From contig OZ245000.1 of assembly GCA_965223375.1 (NCBI GenBank), positions 2,715,092 to 2,779,091 of the forward strand: 64,000 nt of DNA, in the 5' to 3' direction. This DNA comes from Candidatus Rariloculaceae bacterium (GTDB taxonomy: Bacteria; Pseudomonadota; Gammaproteobacteria; Steroidobacterales; Rariloculaceae). A model generated the notes under the pieces. The model was not told where the DNA came from and ran no database searches. It saw only the letters and a list, made by a program, of their open reading frames with translations. Positions within the stretch are counted from its first letter, which is position 1. Every line of letters begins with the position of its first letter. Both the position numbers and the translations under genes were made by a program. Below, piece by piece: positions 21,104 through 30,756 of the stretch.

Positions 21104-23049
21104 CGTGCGCCGATCAGGCCAGCCGGTGCCTGCGACTCGACCGGCAGCGAATCGACCGGCAGCGAGTCGGGCGGCCGCGCGTCGGGCGACAGCGACTCGA
21201 CCGGCGGGCCCGGAATCAGCTCCGTCGGCCCGAGCGCGGTGGGGACGCCATCGTCGAAGCGCGCGAACGGCAGCGACCGATGCACGCGGCCTTCGGCCGC
21301 GAGCGTCAGCGAGCCGGTGACGCCCTGGACCGGCCAGTCGACGGGGTCGAGCCGAAACAGCGGTCGAATCAGTTGATAGGCGTCGTAGCCGAAGCTGTAC
21401 AGTCGAATCTGTGACTGCGACTGCTGCGGCCAGAACTCCCGCAGGTTGGCCGCGAGCCGGGCGGCGGTCGGAGTCGGTGTCAGCAGGATAGGCAGATCCG
21501 GAAAGACGATGCCGTTCAGATCGTTGTCGCTGCTCCCGCGGGCCGTGTCGTAGATGTCGGATGTCGCGTAGGTTGGCAGATCGCCCGCGCGAAAGAACCT
21601 GAGCTGCGGCGCCAGCAATCGCCCGGCACTGGCACCGGCCTGCAGAAAGATCATGTCCACGTCTTCGCGGCGTCTTGCTTCGAACTCGACCGGCCGGTTC
21701 AGATTCGCCTGCAGCCGGCGATGCCGCTGTTCGCTGCGCGAGATATTCAGCACCTCGGTGATCGGTACTGAAGCGTTCTGCATTTCCGGGACGTAAGCGG
21801 CGGCGGCGACCACTTCGCCGCCGAGGGCCTGAAACGCTTCGCGGAAGCTCGCCTCGAGTCGGTAGCCGCGATCGTTGCTAGCAAAGAGCGCCACGGCTTT
21901 GCGCTGACCTTCGGCAATGGCGCGAGCGGCGATTTCGGCCGCTTCGTCATCGGGCGACAGCGCGTACTGCCAGAAGCCCGGCGGAAACGCCGCCGTGTCG
22001 GACTGGCTGAAGTTGAGCGCGAGCGTCGGTGTGAGTCCTGCCTGCAACGCGATTTCGTCGACGTTACCGGGCAGCAGCGGGCCCACGATGAAGTCGGCAC
22101 CGTCGAGCTGCGCGTCGAGGTAGGCGGCCGCCGCACCGCGTTCGGCCGTGTCGAAGACGACGACCGTGGCAGTCGCTGCGCCGCCATCGGCGATGCGGGC
22201 CGCGAGGAAGCCATCGCGAACGGCCTGGGCCTGCGCGCGGCGCGCCGAGCCGAGCGGCAGCAGCAGGGCGATGCGCTGCGGGAAGTCGGTGCCGCCGCGG
22301 TGCCGTTCGACGATTTCCGCGATCACGCCGTTCGCCGCCGGATGCGTGCTGTAGACGGAGCGCCAGTCGAACAATGCCCGCCGAAACGCGGCCGGATCGT
22401 CGACGACGGCCGTCAGCGGTGCGAGCGCGAGCCAGCCGGCAACGAGCTCGTCATCGGATGTCGGGTTGCCGGGCGGAGTGCGGGCGACGCCGTCCCAGAT
22501 CACTCGTTGATTCGCCAGCACGTCCTCGGCCGTGTCGAGCCAAATCTCCCGCTCGATCAGCACGCCGATGGCCTCGGCCGGACGGCCGAGCGCGAACAGC
22601 GCGAGACCCCGCGCCTCGGCCGCGATCGCTGCGAGCGCCGGGTCACTGACGGGGCCGAGTGCATCGAGTGTTGCGAGCGCGCGCGGCGCCTGCCCGGTGG
22701 CGGCATCGGTTCGCGCCGTCAGCACGTCGATCGTCGTTATCTGATCGGGCAGCGCGTTCTGTCGGGCATCGACGAGCAGGCCCTGGGCGACCGGAAAGTC
22801 GCCGTCTGCGATCAGCAGCCGGGCGGCCGTCGTCAGGTAGCCGGCGCGCTGCGCGCCGCGGCTCGCGCCCGCGAGTTGCTGATACAGTGCCGCTGCGCGC
22901 CGCAGGTCGCCATCGGCTGCCGCGGCTTCGGCGCGGGCGACGAGATCGACGGAGCCCGGCGGGCTTGCCGACGGTACCATCGTGCAGGCGGACAGCACGG
23001 CGAATGCGAACGTGACGGTCGGGCGAAATCGGATGTGCTTGCGAGGCAT
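21100..23049 (-). CDS. lpoA: penicillin-binding protein activator LpoA
   Basis: 649 aa. Lipoprotein signal ..AFAVLSAC, TPR-like N-domain, periplasmic-binding-protein-like C-domain. Divergent from rsmI as in E. coli and Pseudomonas. Confidence 0.88.
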   Translation of the reverse strand: MPRKHIRFRPTVTFAFAVLSACTMVPSASPPGSVDLVARAEAAAADGDLRRAAALYQQLAGASRGAQRAGYLTTAARLLIADGDFPVAQGLLVDARQNALPDQITTIDVLTARTDAATGQAPRALATLDALGPVSDPALAAIAAEARGLALFALGRPAEAIGVLIEREIWLDTAEDVLANQRVIWDGVARTPPGNPTSDDELVAGWLALAPLTAVVDDPAAFRRALFDWRSVYSTHPAANGVIAEIVERHRGGTDFPQRIALLLPLGSARRAQAQAVRDGFLAARIADGGAATATVVVFDTAERGAAAAYLDAQLDGADFIVGPLLPGNVDEIALQAGLTPTLALNFSQSDTAAFPPGFWQYALSPDDEAAEIAARAIAEGQRKAVALFASNDRGYRLEASFREAFQALGGEVVAAAAYVPEMQNASVPITEVLNISRSEQRHRRLQANLNRPVEFEARRREDVDMIFLQAGASAGRLLAPQLRFFRAGDLPTYATSDIYDTARGSSDNDLNGIVFPDLPILLTPTPTAARLAANLREFWPQQSQSQIRLYSFGYDAYQLIRPLFRLDPVDWPVQGVTGSLTLAAEGRVHRSLPFARFDDGVPTALGPTELIPGPPVESLSPDARPPDSLPVDSLPVESQAPAGLIGAR

Positions 23050-23084
23050 GTTGATCGGAGACTCCTCATGACTGGTGCGGCGCG

Positions 23085-23921
23085 TTGAGCGCGACCGAGG
23101 GCGGCCGGGGCCGCCTGTACGTCGTGGCGACGCCGCTCGGCAACATCGACGACATGAGCCCGCGGGCCGTCGACGTACTCGGCCGCGTGTCTGCCATTGC
23201 GGCCGAGGATACTCGCCGCTCGGGGCGATTGCTATCGCATTTCGGGCTGAAAACGCGGCTAATCGCCTACCATGAGCACAACGAATCAGAGCGCGCGGCG
23301 GCGCTGGTCGAGATGCTCGAGAGCGGCCGCGAGCTCGCGCTCGTCAGCGATGCCGGCACGCCGCTGATCAGCGATCCGGGCTGGCGTCTCGTCGTTCTCG
23401 CCACGTCGCGCGGCATCCCCGTGCTGACCGTTCCCGGCCCCTCCGCCGTGACCGCCGCGCTCAGCGTTGCCGGGCTGCCGACGGATCGGTTCGTCTTCGA
23501 AGGCTTCCTGCCGCGGCGTGTCGCCGCGCGCGCGGAGCGCCTGCAAACACTCGTGGCCGAGACCCGCACGCTGGTGTTCTACGAGTCGGTGCATCGGGTC
23601 GCTGGGACGCTGGCGGCGATGGTTGACGTGCTCGGGGGCGAGCGTCGCGCCGCGGTCTCGCGTGAGCTGACGAAGCGCCACGAGACGACACGGACGGCGA
23701 CGCTGGCTGAGCTGGCTGCCGCAGTCGGCGACGATATCCCGCTGCTCGGCGAATTCGTGATAGTCGTGGCCGGCGCCGCCGAGCAGCCGGACGCGACCGA
23801 CGCCGAGGTCCTACGGGTGTATGGCCTGCTGGCCGGGACCGTGTCGCCCGGCGACGCCCGCCGGCTCTGCTCAGCAATCACCGGCGCTTCCCGCAACCGC
23901 ATCTACCGGCTGACGCAATGA
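23085..23921 (+). CDS. rsmI: 16S rRNA (cytidine1402-2'-O)-methyltransferase
   Basis: 278 aa, TTG start. LYVVATPLGNIDDMSPRAVDVL..AAEDTR, VSDAGTPLISDPG blocks. Confidence 0.92.
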   Translation: MSATEGGRGRLYVVATPLGNIDDMSPRAVDVLGRVSAIAAEDTRRSGRLLSHFGLKTRLIAYHEHNESERAAALVEMLESGRELALVSDAGTPLISDPGWRLVVLATSRGIPVLTVPGPSAVTAALSVAGLPTDRFVFEGFLPRRVAARAERLQTLVAETRTLVFYESVHRVAGTLAAMVDVLGGERRAAVSRELTKRHETTRTATLAELAAAVGDDIPLLGEFVIVVAGAAEQPDATDAEVLRVYGLLAGTVSPGDARRLCSAITGASRNRIYRLTQ

Positions 23922-23936
23922 GATAAGCTTTCGGCC

Positions 23937-24283
23937 GGGGAGTCGGCTGAGTAGCCGCCGGGACTCGTCCCGGAGGAAAGTCCGGGCTCCGCAGGGCAGG
24001 GTGCCAGGTAACGCCTGGGGGGCGCGAGCCTACGGCCAGTGCAACAGAAAGGATACCGCCGGGCGCAAGTCCGGTAAGGGTGAAATGGTGCGGTAAGAGC
24101 GCACCGCGCGCGTGGCAACACTGCGTGGCAGGGTAAACCCCACCCGGAGCAAGACCGAATAGGGAAGCGTTCGAGCGCGGCCCGCGCGAGCTTCCGGGTA
24201 GGTCGCTGGAAGCGGTCGGTGACGGCCGCTCTAGATGAATGGCTACTCTCGACAGAACCCGGCTTACAGGCCGGCTCCCCACC
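23937..24283 (+). ncRNA. rnpB: RNase P RNA, bacterial type A
   Basis: Universally conserved GAGGAAAGTCCGGGCTCC, GGGTGCCAGGTAACGCCTGGG, CAGTGCAACAGA, GGTAAGGGTGAAA, GCGGTAAGAGCGCACC and 3' ACAGAACCCGGCTTA blocks. A 12-bp P1 helix pairs 23937-23948 with 24269-24280. Begins 15 nt after the rsmI stop. Confidence 0.96.
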
Positions 24284-24411
24284 TGCTATCGATGGCCGTC
24301 GGTCGCCACTGCCCGCAGTGTCTTGCCACACGTTTCGGCGCGCCGGCCGCGCCACCCCGGCCGCGCCGCATAACCCCCTGTCAAAAAAAGAAAATCCACG
24401 TGCCACGACGG

Positions 24412-24441
24412 TTGACAGCCGTGACTGCCAATCCCTATAGT
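24412..24441 (+). promoter_or_regulatory. sigma70-type promoter of the dcw cluster (Pmra)
   Basis: TTGACA (24412-24417), 18-nt spacer, TATAGT (24436-24441). A-tract A7GA4 at 24383-24394 could serve as an UP-like element. Lies 48 nt upstream of the mraZ ATG. Confidence 0.7.
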
Positions 24442-24448
24442 GCGCCTC

Positions 24449-24483
24449 GTGGGTAATAGTGGGGAAACGTGGGGTTTAGTGGT
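24449..24483 (+). promoter_or_regulatory. candidate MraZ operator: four direct GTGGG/GTGGT repeats with 10-bp phasing
   Basis: GTGGG at 24449, 24459 and 24469, and GTGGT at 24479. These sit directly between the -10 element and the mraZ start. The E. coli MraZ operator is a set of phased GTGGG repeats at Pmra. Confidence 0.7.
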
Positions 24484-24488
24484 TCCCG

Positions 24489-24947
24489 ATGTTCCGTGGT
24501 CCTTCCAAAATCCTCCTCGATGCCAAGGGGCGCCTGGCAATTCCAACGCGCCACCGCGAACGAATAGTAGCGCGTGCCGACGGACATTTGGTGGCCACGA
24601 TCGACCCGGATCGCCATCTCCTGCTCTACCCGCTGCCGGATTGGGAGGAATTCGAGCGCAAGCTGCTGCGTCTGCCGGGCCTGAAGAAGCGTGAGCGCAG
24701 GCTGCAGCGGTTGCTGCTCGGTTATGCCACCGAACTAGAAATGGACGGCCACGGCCGAATTCTGTTGCCTGCGGCGCTCAGGGAGTTTGCCGGACTCGAG
24801 CGCCAGATCATGCTGATCGGGCAAGGCAACCGGTTTGAGGTCTGGGATGAGAAACGCTGGCTCGAATGGTCTGAGGAATCGCTGAACCCCGACGACGAGG
24901 ACGACGAATCGACCCTCTCCGAGGCGCTCGGAAACCTGCTGCTGTAA
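24489..24947 (+). CDS. mraZ: transcriptional regulator MraZ
   Basis: 152 aa. MFRGPSKILLDAKGRLAIPTRHR.. with two SpoVT/AbrB-like halves (second: DGHGRILLPAALRE). Confidence 0.96.
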   Translation: MFRGPSKILLDAKGRLAIPTRHRERIVARADGHLVATIDPDRHLLLYPLPDWEEFERKLLRLPGLKKRERRLQRLLLGYATELEMDGHGRILLPAALREFAGLERQIMLIGQGNRFEVWDEKRWLEWSEESLNPDDEDDESTLSEALGNLLL

Positions 24948-24958
24948 CGAGCCTGCGC

Positions 24959-25915
24959 GTGGCCGCGGATAAACATGAGCCCGTGCTTCTGACGGAGGCA
25001 CTGAGCGGGCTGGCATTAACGGAAGATGGCTGCTACGTGGATTGCACGTACGGACGCGGAGGGCACAGCGGGGCGATTCTGGCCGGGATCGGCCAGCGGG
25101 GGCGCCTGCTCGCCCTCGACAAGGACCTCGCGGCCGTCACCGATGCCGAGCGCCGGTTTGGCGGCGATCCACGCTTCAGCGTCATGCATTGCGGATTCGA
25201 GTCGCTCGCGCGGGCGGTGCAGCACGCTTTCGGGGCTCGCCGGGTCGACGGTGTCCTCATCGATCTCGGCACGTCGTCGCCGCAGCTCGACGACGCCGAG
25301 CGGGGCTTCAGCTTCTCGCGCGACGGACCCCTCGACATGCGGATGAACGCGACGACCGGCCCAACGGCGGCCGACTGGCTCGCGACCGCGACCCGGGCCG
25401 ACATCGTTCGGGCGCTGGCCAGGTACGGCGAGGAAAAACATGCGCGGCTCATCGCCGCTGCGATCGACCGGCGGCGGGCGTCGAGACCGATCGCGCGGAC
25501 CGTCGACCTCGCCGACATCGTCGAGTCGGCCGTGCCCGGCGGCCGGCGCCGCATCCATCCGGCGACTCGCGTCTTCCAGGCGCTCAGAATCGTCGTGAAT
25601 CGTGAGCTCGAGTCGCTGGAGCAAGTGCTGCGTCAGAGCCTCGACGTGCTGGCTGCGGGCGGTCGCCTCGTCGCGATCAGTTTTCATTCGCTCGAGGACC
25701 GCCTCGTCAAGCGCTTCATCGCGCGGGAGGCGCTCGGCGACCCGGCGTGGCGCGGGCTGCCGGAAATGCCTGCGTCCGCGCGTCCGCGGCTCGCCGCTGT
25801 GGGGCCTCTCGTGCGCCCCGGCGACGCCGAGGTCGAGGCCAATCCGCGCTCGCGCAGCGCCCGCCTCAGGATTGCCGAGCGGCTCGGCTGGGACCTGCCG
25901 GAGGCGCAGGCGTGA
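24959..25915 (+). CDS. rsmH: 16S rRNA (cytosine1402-N4)-methyltransferase
   Basis: 318 aa, GTG start. HEPVLLTEAL..YVDCTYGRGGHS, DLGTSSPQLD motifs. Confidence 0.95.
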   Translation: MAADKHEPVLLTEALSGLALTEDGCYVDCTYGRGGHSGAILAGIGQRGRLLALDKDLAAVTDAERRFGGDPRFSVMHCGFESLARAVQHAFGARRVDGVLIDLGTSSPQLDDAERGFSFSRDGPLDMRMNATTGPTAADWLATATRADIVRALARYGEEKHARLIAAAIDRRRASRPIARTVDLADIVESAVPGGRRRIHPATRVFQALRIVVNRELESLEQVLRQSLDVLAAGGRLVAISFHSLEDRLVKRFIAREALGDPAWRGLPEMPASARPRLAAVGPLVRPGDAEVEANPRSRSARLRIAERLGWDLPEAQA

Positions 25916-26196
25916 GGCCGCGCACGATGCTGATCGGCGTGCTGTGTCTCGCGGCTGCAGTCGGCGTCAGTGCAGTAACGGCCGTGCTGGTCGAACACGA
26001 GTCACGGCGGCTGTTCGTCGAGCTCGAGGCGCTGAAGCGCGAGCAGGACCGCCTGCAGTCGGACTGGTGGCGGTTGCAGCTCGAGCAGGGCACCTGGGCC
26101 ACGCATGCACGCATCGAGTCGACCGCGCGCGACCGTCTGGGGCTCACGGAGCCCGACCCGAACCGCGTCCGCATCGTGCGGGAGACGGTCCGATGA
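25912..26196 (+). CDS. ftsL: cell division protein FtsL
   Basis: About 90 aa bitopic protein (TM LIGVLCLAAAVGVSAVTAVLV followed by a coiled coil) between rsmH and ftsI. GTG 25912 overlaps the rsmH stop; alternative ATG at 25927. Confidence 0.85.
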   Translation: MRPRTMLIGVLCLAAAVGVSAVTAVLVEHESRRLFVELEALKREQDRLQSDWWRLQLEQGTWATHARIESTARDRLGLTEPDPNRVRIVRETVR

Positions 26197-27917
26197 ATCG
26201 CCGCAAGCGCGATCCGGGCGTGCTGCCGGCCGGCTGGCGAACGACGTTCATGCTGGGGCTCTTCGGCTGCGGTGCGCTGCTGCTCGAGGCGCGCATCGCC
26301 TGGCTGCAGCTGGTCGATCGCGACTTCCTGTCGGCGCAGGCGGACGACCGGCAGATTCGCGCCGTGCAGATCGCAGCGCACCGGGGCCCGCTGCTGGACC
26401 GGAACGGCGAAGTGCTGGCGGTCAGCACGCCGGTCGACAGCATCTGGGCAAATCCGGGCGAAATGCGCCCGGCGCTCGATCGCATTCCCGAGCTTGCCGC
26501 CGCGCTCGATGTCGACCCGGAGTCTCTGACACGCCGTATCACCAGTAACCTGGAGCGCGAGTTCGTCTATCTGCAGCGGCACATGACGCCGGCCCGGGCG
26601 GCGGCCGTGCTCGAGCTCGATGTGCCGGGCGTACGCGTCATGCGCGAATACCGGCGCTACTATCCGGCCGGCGAGGTGACGGGCCACGTCGTCGGCTTTA
26701 CCGACATAGACGACGTCGGGCTCGCCGGCCTCGAATATGCGTTCGATTACCGGCTGACCGGTCAGCCCGGCCGCAAGCGAGTGCTGCAGGACCGCCTCGG
26801 ACGCGTCATCGGCGACGTCGAGCAGGTCACTGCCGCGCAGCCCGGCCGCGAGCTGCGCGCCAGCATCGACCTGCGGCTCCAGTACCTTGCTTACCGGGAA
26901 TTGAAAGCCGCGGTCAGCGCCGCCGGCGCGTCCTCCGGATCGCTGACGCTGCTCGACGCACGCACCGGCGAAGTGCTGGCGATGGTCAACCAGCCTTCGT
27001 ACAACCCCAACAACGGCGAGCAGCGCCGGGCCGAGCATTACCGCAACCGGGCGCTGACCGACATCGTCGAGCCGGGCTCGTCGATCAAGCCGCTGATTGC
27101 GGCGGCGGCAATCGAGACGGGCGACTACTCCGCGCGCTCGGTCGTCGACACGGCGCCGGGTTATCTCGAGGTCGACGGCCGTGTCCTGACCGAAGACAAC
27201 TCGAACCACGGCCGGCTCAGCCTGACCGACGTCCTTGCCCGATCGAGCAACGTCGGCATCGCGCGCGTCGGCCTGTCGCTCGACGCGGAGTCGGTCTGGA
27301 GGGTGCTCGATGCTTTCGGTCTCGGGCACGTGACCGGCAGCGGCTTCCCGGCCGAGTCGGCCGGCGTCCTGAAGGATCACGGCCACTGGCGCACGATCGG
27401 CCAGGCGACTCTGTCCTACGGCTACGGTCTCGCGGTGACGAATCTGCAGCTCGCGCGTGCATACGCTGCGATCGCCGCCGGCGGGCTGATGCCGCCGGTA
27501 TCGTTCGTCGCACTCGATGAGCCGCCGGCGCGCGAGCAGGTCATCGCGCCCGCGACGGCCGTCGAGATGCTCGCGATGCTGGAGCAGGTCGTGTCATCCG
27601 AAGGGACCGGCCAGCGGGCCGCGATTCCGAATTACCGCGTTGCCGGCAAGACCGGCACGTCCTGGATCTCGGAAGCCGGCAGCTACTCGGACGATCGCTA
27701 CAACGCCGTGTTCGCGGGGATCGCGCCGGTCAGTGATCCGCGTCTCGTCGCGATCGTCGTCGTCAACGATCCGCGCGGCGCCGATTACTACGGTGGCCAG
27801 GTAGCGGCGCCGGTATTCGCGAAGGTCGTTGGCGGCGCGCTCAGGATCCTGGCCGTCCCGCCGGACGATCTGCCGGACCAGACGATGCTGATCAGCCACG
27901 CGCGAGCGGAACGATGA
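26193..27917 (+). CDS. ftsI: peptidoglycan D,D-transpeptidase FtsI (PBP3)
   Basis: 574 aa from MNRRKRDP. SxxK (SSIKP), SxN (SSN), KTG (KTGTS). ATGA overlap with ftsL. The track ORF start 25602 is spurious. Confidence 0.95.
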   Translation: MNRRKRDPGVLPAGWRTTFMLGLFGCGALLLEARIAWLQLVDRDFLSAQADDRQIRAVQIAAHRGPLLDRNGEVLAVSTPVDSIWANPGEMRPALDRIPELAAALDVDPESLTRRITSNLEREFVYLQRHMTPARAAAVLELDVPGVRVMREYRRYYPAGEVTGHVVGFTDIDDVGLAGLEYAFDYRLTGQPGRKRVLQDRLGRVIGDVEQVTAAQPGRELRASIDLRLQYLAYRELKAAVSAAGASSGSLTLLDARTGEVLAMVNQPSYNPNNGEQRRAEHYRNRALTDIVEPGSSIKPLIAAAAIETGDYSARSVVDTAPGYLEVDGRVLTEDNSNHGRLSLTDVLARSSNVGIARVGLSLDAESVWRVLDAFGLGHVTGSGFPAESAGVLKDHGHWRTIGQATLSYGYGLAVTNLQLARAYAAIAAGGLMPPVSFVALDEPPAREQVIAPATAVEMLAMLEQVVSSEGTGQRAAIPNYRVAGKTGTSWISEAGSYSDDRYNAVFAGIAPVSDPRLVAIVVVNDPRGADYYGGQVAAPVFAKVVGGALRILAVPPDDLPDQTMLISHARAER

Positions 27918-29395
27918 TGGCGGCGATCCTCACGGCCCTGACGCTTGGTGAGCTGATCGGCGCGGCGGCCGGCCCACACGGCGAAGTTGCGATCAGCGGG
28001 CTGACGCTCGACAGTCGGAGCGTCGAGGCCGGCACCGCGTTTCTCGCCGTTCCGGGCGCTGCTGCACACGGACTCGACTATGCGGCCGAAGCGCTCGCGC
28101 GCGGTGCAGCCGCGGTGCTCTACGAGCCCGCTGCGGCCGGCAGCCGCGACGTCCCGGCGTCAACCGGGGTGCCGGTGCTGCCGGTCAGCGACCTCTCGGC
28201 CCGGATCGGCGACATTGCGCAGCGTTTCTACTGGCGCGATCGCGCTCAGCCTGCGATCTACGGGGTTACCGGGACGAACGGCAAGACGACGGTGACGTGG
28301 CTCGTGGCCCGGGCCTTCCTGTCGCTCGGTCTCGACTGCGCCTATGTCGGCACGCTCGGCTGGGGCCCACCCGACCGACTCCGGAAGCACGGTCTGACGA
28401 CACCCGATTGCCTGTCGCTGCATCGGGAGCTTGCCGTCCTCGGCACGGACCGTGCCGCCGTCGAGGTGTCGTCGCATGGTCTGGTGCAACAGCGAGTGGC
28501 CGGACTCGATTTCGCCGGTGCGGCCGTGACGAACCTGAGCCGGGACCACCTCGATGCGCATGGCTCGATGGCCGCTTATGCGGCTGCAAAGCGGCGGATT
28601 CTGGCGCTACCCGGACTCGATTTCGTCGTGCTCAATCTCGACGACGATTTTTCGGCGAGCCTGGTAGACAACGTGCCGGCCGGCGCCCGTACGATTCGAG
28701 TGACGCGCCAGCCGGGCTTGACGGCCGAGCTGTCAGCGCGCGTGACCCACCACGGTGCCGAAGGCCTTGAACTCGACATCGGGGCAGCTGGCGACTCGGC
28801 GGCGCTGCGCTCGCCGTTGCTCGGCGACTTCAACGCCGAGAATCTGCTCGTAGCTGCCGGCATCCTCGCCGGCGCCGGCATCGAGCTGCCGGACGTGGCG
28901 GACGCGCTCGGCGGCGCGCCGCCGCCGCCGGGGCGACTCGAGACTTTCCGCCGCGATGACGGCCTGACGGCCGTCGTCGACTATGCCCACACGCCAGCGG
29001 CCCTCGAGCGTGTGGTCACGCTGCTGGCGGGGCTTCGCGAGCGGGAACTCGTCTGTGTTTTCGGCTGCGGTGGCGATCGCGACCGGGGCAAGCGCGCAGC
29101 GATGGGACGCGCCGCCGCGGCTGCCGACCGGGTCGTGCTGACCGACGACAATCCGCGTAACGAGGACCCGGCTGCGATAGTCGCGGCCATTCGCGACGGG
29201 CTTCGCGCGGACCAGCCGGTCGTCGTCGAGCACGACCGTGAAACCGCGATTCGCGCCGCGATCGGCTCGTCGTCGGCGGGCGACATCGTGCTGATCGCCG
29301 GCAAGGGCCACGAAACGACTCAGGTCGCGGCCGGCGTCAGCCGGGCGCTTGACGACCGGGCCATCGTGCGCGCGGCGCTGGAGGCGGCAGCGTGA
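27914..29395 (+). CDS. murE: UDP-MurNAc-L-Ala-D-Glu:meso-DAP ligase
   Basis: 493 aa Mur ligase. GVTGTNGKTT P-loop, DNPR motif (LTDDNPRNEDP) typical of DAP-adding MurE. Confidence 0.94.
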   Translation: MMAAILTALTLGELIGAAAGPHGEVAISGLTLDSRSVEAGTAFLAVPGAAAHGLDYAAEALARGAAAVLYEPAAAGSRDVPASTGVPVLPVSDLSARIGDIAQRFYWRDRAQPAIYGVTGTNGKTTVTWLVARAFLSLGLDCAYVGTLGWGPPDRLRKHGLTTPDCLSLHRELAVLGTDRAAVEVSSHGLVQQRVAGLDFAGAAVTNLSRDHLDAHGSMAAYAAAKRRILALPGLDFVVLNLDDDFSASLVDNVPAGARTIRVTRQPGLTAELSARVTHHGAEGLELDIGAAGDSAALRSPLLGDFNAENLLVAAGILAGAGIELPDVADALGGAPPPPGRLETFRRDDGLTAVVDYAHTPAALERVVTLLAGLRERELVCVFGCGGDRDRGKRAAMGRAAAAADRVVLTDDNPRNEDPAAIVAAIRDGLRADQPVVVEHDRETAIRAAIGSSSAGDIVLIAGKGHETTQVAAGVSRALDDRAIVRAALEAAA

Positions 29396-30756
29396 TGAGC
29401 CGCACCCTGGCAGCCGTGGCGCGCGAAGTCAGTGGTCGTCTGAGCGGCAGCGATGCCGCTTTCGGTGCCGTGACGACCGATACGCGCCGGCTCGCGCAGG
29501 GGGCGCTCTATGTGGCGCTCCGCGGCGAGCGCTTCGATGGCAACGACTTCGTCGCCCGGGCTGCCGAGGGCGGGGCCGCCGGCGCGCTGGTATCGCGCCT
29601 GGCAGAGGTGCCATTGCCGCAGATCGAGGTCGACGACACCCGCATCGCCTTCGGACGCATGGCCCGGGTCTGGCGGGAGAACTTCGCGATTCCGGTCATC
29701 GCGGTGACCGGCAGCGCCGGCAAGACGACGGTCAAGGAGCTGATTGCCGGCGTCGTCGGTCGCGAGCGCCGGATCTGTGTGACCGAAGGCAATCTGAACA
29801 ACGACATCGGCGTGCCGCTGACGCTGATGCGGCTCGACGAGCAGGACGCTGCGCTCGTCATCGAGCTCGGCGCCAACCACGGCGGCGAGATTGCTTATCT
29901 GGCCGGACTCGTCCAGCCGACTATCGCGGTCATTACCAACGCCGGGGCAGCGCATCTCGAGGGCTTCGGTTCGCTGAGGGGCGTGGCGCAGGCGAAAGGC
30001 GAGCTGCTCGATCATCTGCCGCGCGCAGGCGCGGCTGTGCTCAACGCCGACGATCGCTACTTCGGCGAGTGGCGGTCCCGCTCGACGGCCGGAGAGACGA
30101 TTGCATTCGGCACATCGCCGGCGGCCGATTGCCGCGTCGTCGGTGACGTCGAGTTGACGCCCGGCGGCAGCCGCTTTCGGATGCGCCTGCCGGACGGCAC
30201 CGAGATCGAGACACATCTGCCGCTCGCCGGGCAGGCGAACGTGATGAACGCACTGGCGGCGGCAGCCGCGGCGCACGCGGCCGGCTGCGATGCGGACGCG
30301 ATACGGGCGGGGCTCGAAAGCGCGCAACCGGTGCGCGGTCGGCTTGCGGCCTGTGCCGGGCGCAACGGCGCCGTCATCATCGACGACAGCTACAACGCGA
30401 ACCCGTCTGCGGCCAAGGCGGCACTCGATCATCTCGGCAAGCTGCCCGGCCGGCATGTGTTCGTGCTCGGCGACATGCTCGAGCTCGGCTCCGAGGGCCC
30501 GGCGCTGCATGCCGAGGTAGGCCTCTATGCGGCCGATCGAGCCGATGCGTTCTATGGTTTCGGTGCGCTCGCCGGCGACGCGGCCGCGGCATTCGGTACG
30601 AGCGCGCGGCACTTCGACGACCTCGATGCATTGCGCGCCGCAGTCGAGAACGAGCTCGAGCCCGGTGTCACCGTTCTGATCAAGGGTTCCCGGTCGATGG
30701 GTCTCGATCGCCTGGTTGCAATGCTGGCCGAGCCGGAAGGGGGCCCGCGATGCTGA
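29392..30756 (+). CDS. murF: UDP-MurNAc-tripeptide:D-Ala-D-Ala ligase
   Basis: 454 aa Mur ligase. [11 protein letters not shown]-loop. Position between murE and mraY. Confidence 0.94.
   Translation: MMSRTLAAVAREVSGRLSGSDAAFGAVTTDTRRLAQGALYVALRGERFDGNDFVARAAEGGAAGALVSRLAEVPLPQIEVDDTRIAFGRMARVWRENFAIPVIAVTGSAGKTTVKELIAGVVGRERRICVTEGNLNNDIGVPLTLMRLDEQDAALVIELGANHGGEIAYLAGLVQPTIAVITNAGAAHLEGFGSLRGVAQAKGELLDHLPRAGAAVLNADDRYFGEWRSRSTAGETIAFGTSPAADCRVVGDVELTPGGSRFRMRLPDGTEIETHLPLAGQANVMNALAAAAAAHAAGCDADAIRAGLESAQPVRGRLAACAGRNGAVIIDDSYNANPSAAKAALDHLGKLPGRHVFVLGDMLELGSEGPALHAEVGLYAADRADAFYGFGALAGDAAAAFGTSARHFDDLDALRAAVENELEPGVTVLIKGSRSMGLDRLVAMLAEPEGGPRC

Noticed and set aside
21137-21166. 15-bp tandem duplication TCGACCGGCAGCGA(A/G) at the 3' end of lpoA
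   Set aside because: It has only two copies, lies in frame and encodes DSLPV-DSLPV in the disordered C-terminal tail. This is a trivial slippage-type duplication, not a repeat array.
24343-24367. Direct repeat CCGGCCGCGCC x2 between rnpB and Pmra
   Set aside because: It is a short GC-only repeat expected by chance in this composition. It has no hairpin with a U-tract and no known motif.
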